A program made the translations under genes and the position numbers. A stretch of DNA of 64,000 bases from contig OZ287704.1 in assembly GCA_965649825.1 (NCBI GenBank), positions 174,101 to 238,100 of the forward strand, given 5' to 3'. The notes below the pieces were generated by a model. That model made no database searches. It was not told the DNA's origin and saw only the letters and a program-made list of their open reading frames with translations. Source of the DNA: Penicillus capitatus. Its lineage: Eukaryota; Plantae; Chlorophyta. Of this stretch, positions 60,309 through 64,000 are shown piece by piece (within the stretch, counting starts at the first letter, position 1; each line of letters begins with the position of its first letter).

Positions 60309-60721
60309 ACGATAGGATGATCGAGACCGTGATTAGACTACTCGTAGTGATCGATCGATCGAAACGATCGATCGGACTACTTGCAAAGACCGATCGGATG
60401 ATCGAGACCGTGATTAGGCTACTCGTAGTGATCAATCGATCGAAACGATCGATCGGACTACTTGCAAAGACCGATCGGATGATCGAGACCGTGATTAGGC
60501 TACTCGTAGTGATCAATCGATCGAAACGATCGATCGGACTACTTGCAAAGACCGATAGGATGATCGAGACCGTGATTAGAGTACTCGTAGTGATCGATCG
60601 ATCGAAACGATCGATCGGACTACTTGCAAAGACCGATCGGATGATCGAGACCGTGATTAGGCTACTCGTAGTGATCGATCGATCGAAACGATCGATCGGA
60701 CTACTTGCAAAGACCGATCGA
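60309..60721. repeat. 81-bp tandem repeat (5 near-identical units plus a partial), rich in GATC/CGATCG palindromes
   Basis: Unit ATGATCGAGACCGTGATTAGRCTACTCGTAGTGATCRATCGATCGAAACGATCGATCGGACTACTTGCAAAGACCGATMGG starts at 60317, 60398, 60479, 60560 and 60641; no spacers. Confidence 0.95.
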
Positions 60722-61455
60722 TTAATCGCAACCGTCGATTGGACGATTTGTGGTGATCGATTATGTTCGGTCATTCGATCGAATAATCGCGGCTTATGAA
60801 CAGAATATTCGTAGTTTACGATCGCTTTCGATGTTCGATCGATCTCCTGAGACGATCGATTAGACTATTCTTATCGGTAGTTGTTTATACACCGCATTCG
60901 GTAGGACTTCGCGAAGATTGTTTTTTATTAAATTGATCGATTAATTGCCGACGATCGAAAGGACTTTTTGTACCGATCGATCGATTACCTGATCGTCGCT
61001 TTTGATAGTCCTATCAACTGTCGGCAGTTGATCAAGACTGTCGATATGACTATTTCTATTGATCAATTTATTCATCACCGCGTCTGACACGATTATTTGC
61101 AGCGATTGATCAGTTGACTGATCTTGACATCGGCTAAGACAGTTTGCTGCTATGCTTGATTTGACACGCCGATACAGTGATCTTGGATTTCATACCGACA
61201 ATAAATACCTTCGTCTCCGACGCAGAGCGAGACAGTTAAACTCCAGAGAACAGCTTGCGAGAGTTTATACGAATCACAGAAACGCACGTGATTGCTGACG
61301 TAACGCATAATACAAATTCATCATCATCGCGTCGGCAGAGACAGCATACTTAAAGCTACGACGGTCTGTCCCTGACCGTTAGCCACATCATCAAACATGT
61401 CTCCATTCGACGAAGAGACAGGCAGGCAATTACTCACTCAGTCGACCTACCTTTA

Positions 61456-63300
61456 ATGTCTTGCACTGCTTCCATGCCGCGCTTGCTGCTTTTGTATTAC
61501 CTCTTCGCCGTCGCGCTGTTCGTCGAGGCGTTAGACGTGCCGCACCAAACGTCGATACCTTCTCGGAATCGTGGGTCAATCGTTCGAACGCCTCTCAGAC
61601 ACCAAAGAGATCTTCATTTTTTCTACAATCAGAAATACGTAATCTTTCCCCCTCAGAGGGCGAGATTCATGTGTGGCGAATGAATGCATAGAGAGCACGT
61701 GATTTGTGGAAAGCCATCGATGATGAAGACTTGGATACGTTCGAACGGATCATGAATTGCAGCTGTATCAATCTAGAAGAAACGGATGATACGACGGGCT
61801 TCACAGCATTACGCAGAGCTGCAAATAAACGAAATTACGTGATGGCTCTCGACCTAGTAAAATCTGGAGCCAATGTGAATGCTCAAAGCAACATAGGCGT
61901 CGGTCCTCTTCACGTCTCTTGCTTTCTTCGTAAGAAAGAGTGAAAAGAGTGAGATGTTCCATTTCTGTCTTGCAGATGATAGAAAGATAACAGAGCTGTT
62001 GCTGGAAAACGGAGCAGAAGTGAATCTTCGTTCGGTCACAAATGAAAGACCGATCATCCACGCGCAAACAGAGAACGATGTCCCTCTTTTAGAACTGCTC
62101 GTCCGCTCAGGCGCCGAAATTAATTTCCAAGATGCCGAAGGCAAGAACAATGCATCTCGTGTTTTGATCAGCACGAGAACATGGTGAACAGGAGAGACGC
62201 CGTTGCACGAGGCATCTGCCTACGGTGCAACAGAGAACGTCCGTTTCTTGATCGAACGAGGGGCGAATGTATCCGTCAGGGAACAGAACGGACGTACACC
62301 AGCAGAGTTTATCTGCAACTGTTTGAGCATTGATGAACGGTTAGCGGCTCCTTGTTTCGATGGAACCTGCACTGAAAAGGACATACGAGCCATTAAACGT
62401 GTCTTCCAAGAAGTAAACGTCACATCATGGTCTCCTTAGCTCAGACATCACGCATTCTAGGCCGATCGCAATCGGCGTAGTGCAGAAGACAACGCCACCA
62501 CCGTAGAGGATCTGTGGCTGGCGATCGTCCGTCGCTCAGTTAAAGATGTGACGTCGATCTTGGAAACTGGCTCTATTGAGATCCAAGCTGTGACGCAGAG
62601 TCAGACGGGCGATTGGGACGAAGGACAGTCCGCTCTGCATCTGGCCATCCTGACGGGCAATATCAAGATCTGTGAGATTCTGCTGGAGAACGGTGCCCGT
62701 CCCGCTGCACGTAACGCCATTGGCAACACACCCTTGCATCTGGCAACAGAGAGCAATTCTGTCCCACTCGTTCAACGCATTCTGGACCAGAACGTCACCA
62801 TCAATGCACAGAATGACGCTGGCCAGACAGCACTGCACATCGCCTCTTTCAACGGTCTGACAGAGGTGGCACGTTTACTGGTCTCGGCCGGTGCCTCTCA
62901 GGATGTTCATGACAATGAAGGGGCCACAGCAGAAGAGATCTTCTGTACGTGTCTGTTGGAGGAGACATGTCATAAAGGGACGTGCTCCAGTACCACCGAT
63001 CTGTTTCATCTGATGGAAGTGCTCAATGTCACAGACAGCAGGACCCAGGAACAGTACAATCAACTGTACTTTCAAAATGCCGGTGGCGGCGATCCAAATG
63101 CTCCATCGATGGATCGTCTGCCGGACGATGACGATGGGGCCTCTTCTTTGGGGTTGTTCGTGGGACTGCTGTTCTCTTTCGCTTTCATGTTTTTTGTGAT
63201 TTATGGCATTGCCGTTTGCCGCATGCAGCAACCGAATAACTCTAATCGCGTTCAAATGATGAACAACCCTCGCCGCTCTCGCCGCCGTGCGATCATTTGA
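61456..63300 (+). CDS. Type I membrane protein with ankyrin repeats between a signal peptide and a single TM
   Basis: Signal peptide MPRLLLLYYLFAVALFVEA. Ankyrin motifs GFTALRRAA, GVGPLHVSC, GETPLHEAS, GQSALHLAI, GNTPLHLAT, GQTALHIAS. TM LGLFVGLLFSFAFMFFVIYGIAVC, basic tail RRSRRR; 4 introns. Confidence 0.88.
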
Positions 63301-63341
63301 ATGCCATCTCGAATTCGAGACATGTCATCAAACTTTCTTTC

Positions 63342-64000
63342 TCACATTGACCGAAAAGATTTTACGAAGGACACAACTTTGAAGCATCGTTTGTGCAGCT
63401 TTCGTTGCTGTTGTGGGGTCATCCAATTGTCACTGCCTTGTCCACGAGATTGGACAATCCATGGCTGAAACTGGTATGTAAGAAAGACCAATAATTTTCG
63501 CGAAAACGCCAGAAGCTTTTCGGAAAGAGCGAGTTTCGCAAATGATTTGAGAAGGGTTTCGGAGGAGGAATAGGCAAGAAACAACTGCGAGAAGAAGATT
63601 CTCCAGAAGAAAAGGCGCTTCTCTGACAACGACAGGGACAGATCTGCACCCTACATCTTCATTTCTCACTCTTTTCACACAGCGGCAGTCTAAACCAACC
63701 TTGAGGATCGCAAGAGCAAGAGATTCTTTGGAGAGTAGATCTGCCAGGAGCTTTGCCAAATGATCGAGCATTCGCACATCCATCTCATCCAGCAACTGCA
63801 AAACAGGATCTCCATTGGCAAAAATTTGCAGAATGGATGAGAGGTCTGTCTCCTTGCCTTGAGTTTGTCGAAGAGGCAGAATTTGAGTGTGATGCCATGA
63901 GATTTTTTGGAAAGGCACAGTCGGGTGGCGACAGCACTGTAGAACGGATTCCATCTCTTTTCTTGCAGACAGCACTCCAGCAACACACGCATAACTTCTC
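63342..64000 (-). CDS. NOM1: NOM1/Sgd1-like MIF4G-MA3 nucleolar protein, 3' part
   Basis: RVLLECCLQEKRWNPFYSAVATRLC...TLKFCLFDKLK|LLDE...LAKLLADLL..SLALAILK matches the MA3-domain end of NOM1/Sgd1; the gene continues past the right edge. Confidence 0.75.

Noticed and set aside
60309-60721. CRISPR array
   Set aside because: The units are contiguous and near-identical with no unique spacers; the context is eukaryotic and there are no cas genes.
1-64000. Ulvophycean-type TAA/TAG = Gln code
   Set aside because: Conserved genes end exactly at TAA/TAG (VPS4 13563, MENG 9986, ODA11 39656), and long exons such as ODA11 30463-34175 contain no internal TAR codons.
1-64000. Transposons, viral inserts, rRNA or tRNA genes
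   Set aside because: No transposase, RT, integrase or capsid motifs, no TIR/LTR pairs and no recognisable rRNA or cloverleaf seen by eye; a tRNAscan/Infernal/RepeatModeler run would be needed to exclude small ones.

Overview
This is eukaryotic nuclear DNA from a very compact, plastid-bearing, flagellate-capable organism, most likely a green alga (Chlorophyta). That assignment is inferred from a kelch/Ig-headed outer-arm dynein alpha chain, MenG, a plant-type PI4K-gamma and a FLAP1-like protein. Introns are short (mostly about 44-100 nt) and the genetic code is standard. About 19 well-supported and 5 tentative protein genes are packed with very small spacers. In order: a beta-helix/Cys-rich/multi-TM surface protein, a Spinster-type MFS transporter, MenG, a membrane-anchored bZIP, VPS4, a tandem trypsin-fold pseudoprotease, ECD/SGT1, THOC1, a second divergent VPS4, ODA11, GEN1, PLAC8, a FLAP1-N-like protein, PI4K-gamma, GTPBP1/2, SART3, an FSH1 hydrolase, a signal-peptide ankyrin membrane protein and NOM1 (partial). 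I saw no rRNA, tRNA, CRISPR array or recognisable transposon. The strongest leads are: (1) an intact VPS4 duplicate that keeps MIT, Walker A/B and the C-terminus but has lost pore loop 1, sensor-1 and the arginine fingers, with patchy gene-conversion-like identity and a shared tail with THOC1; (2) a bZIP with a TM segment flanked by IRE1-like stem-loops; (3) an ectodomain-ankyrin receptor-like protein; (4) about 8 GC-AG introns; (5) start codons of ECD and THOC1 only 10 bp apart; (6) a stop-riddled but codon-biased frame at 59-60 kb; (7) an 81-bp palindrome-rich tandem repeat. All gene models are hand-built from the sequence; no database search or computation was run.
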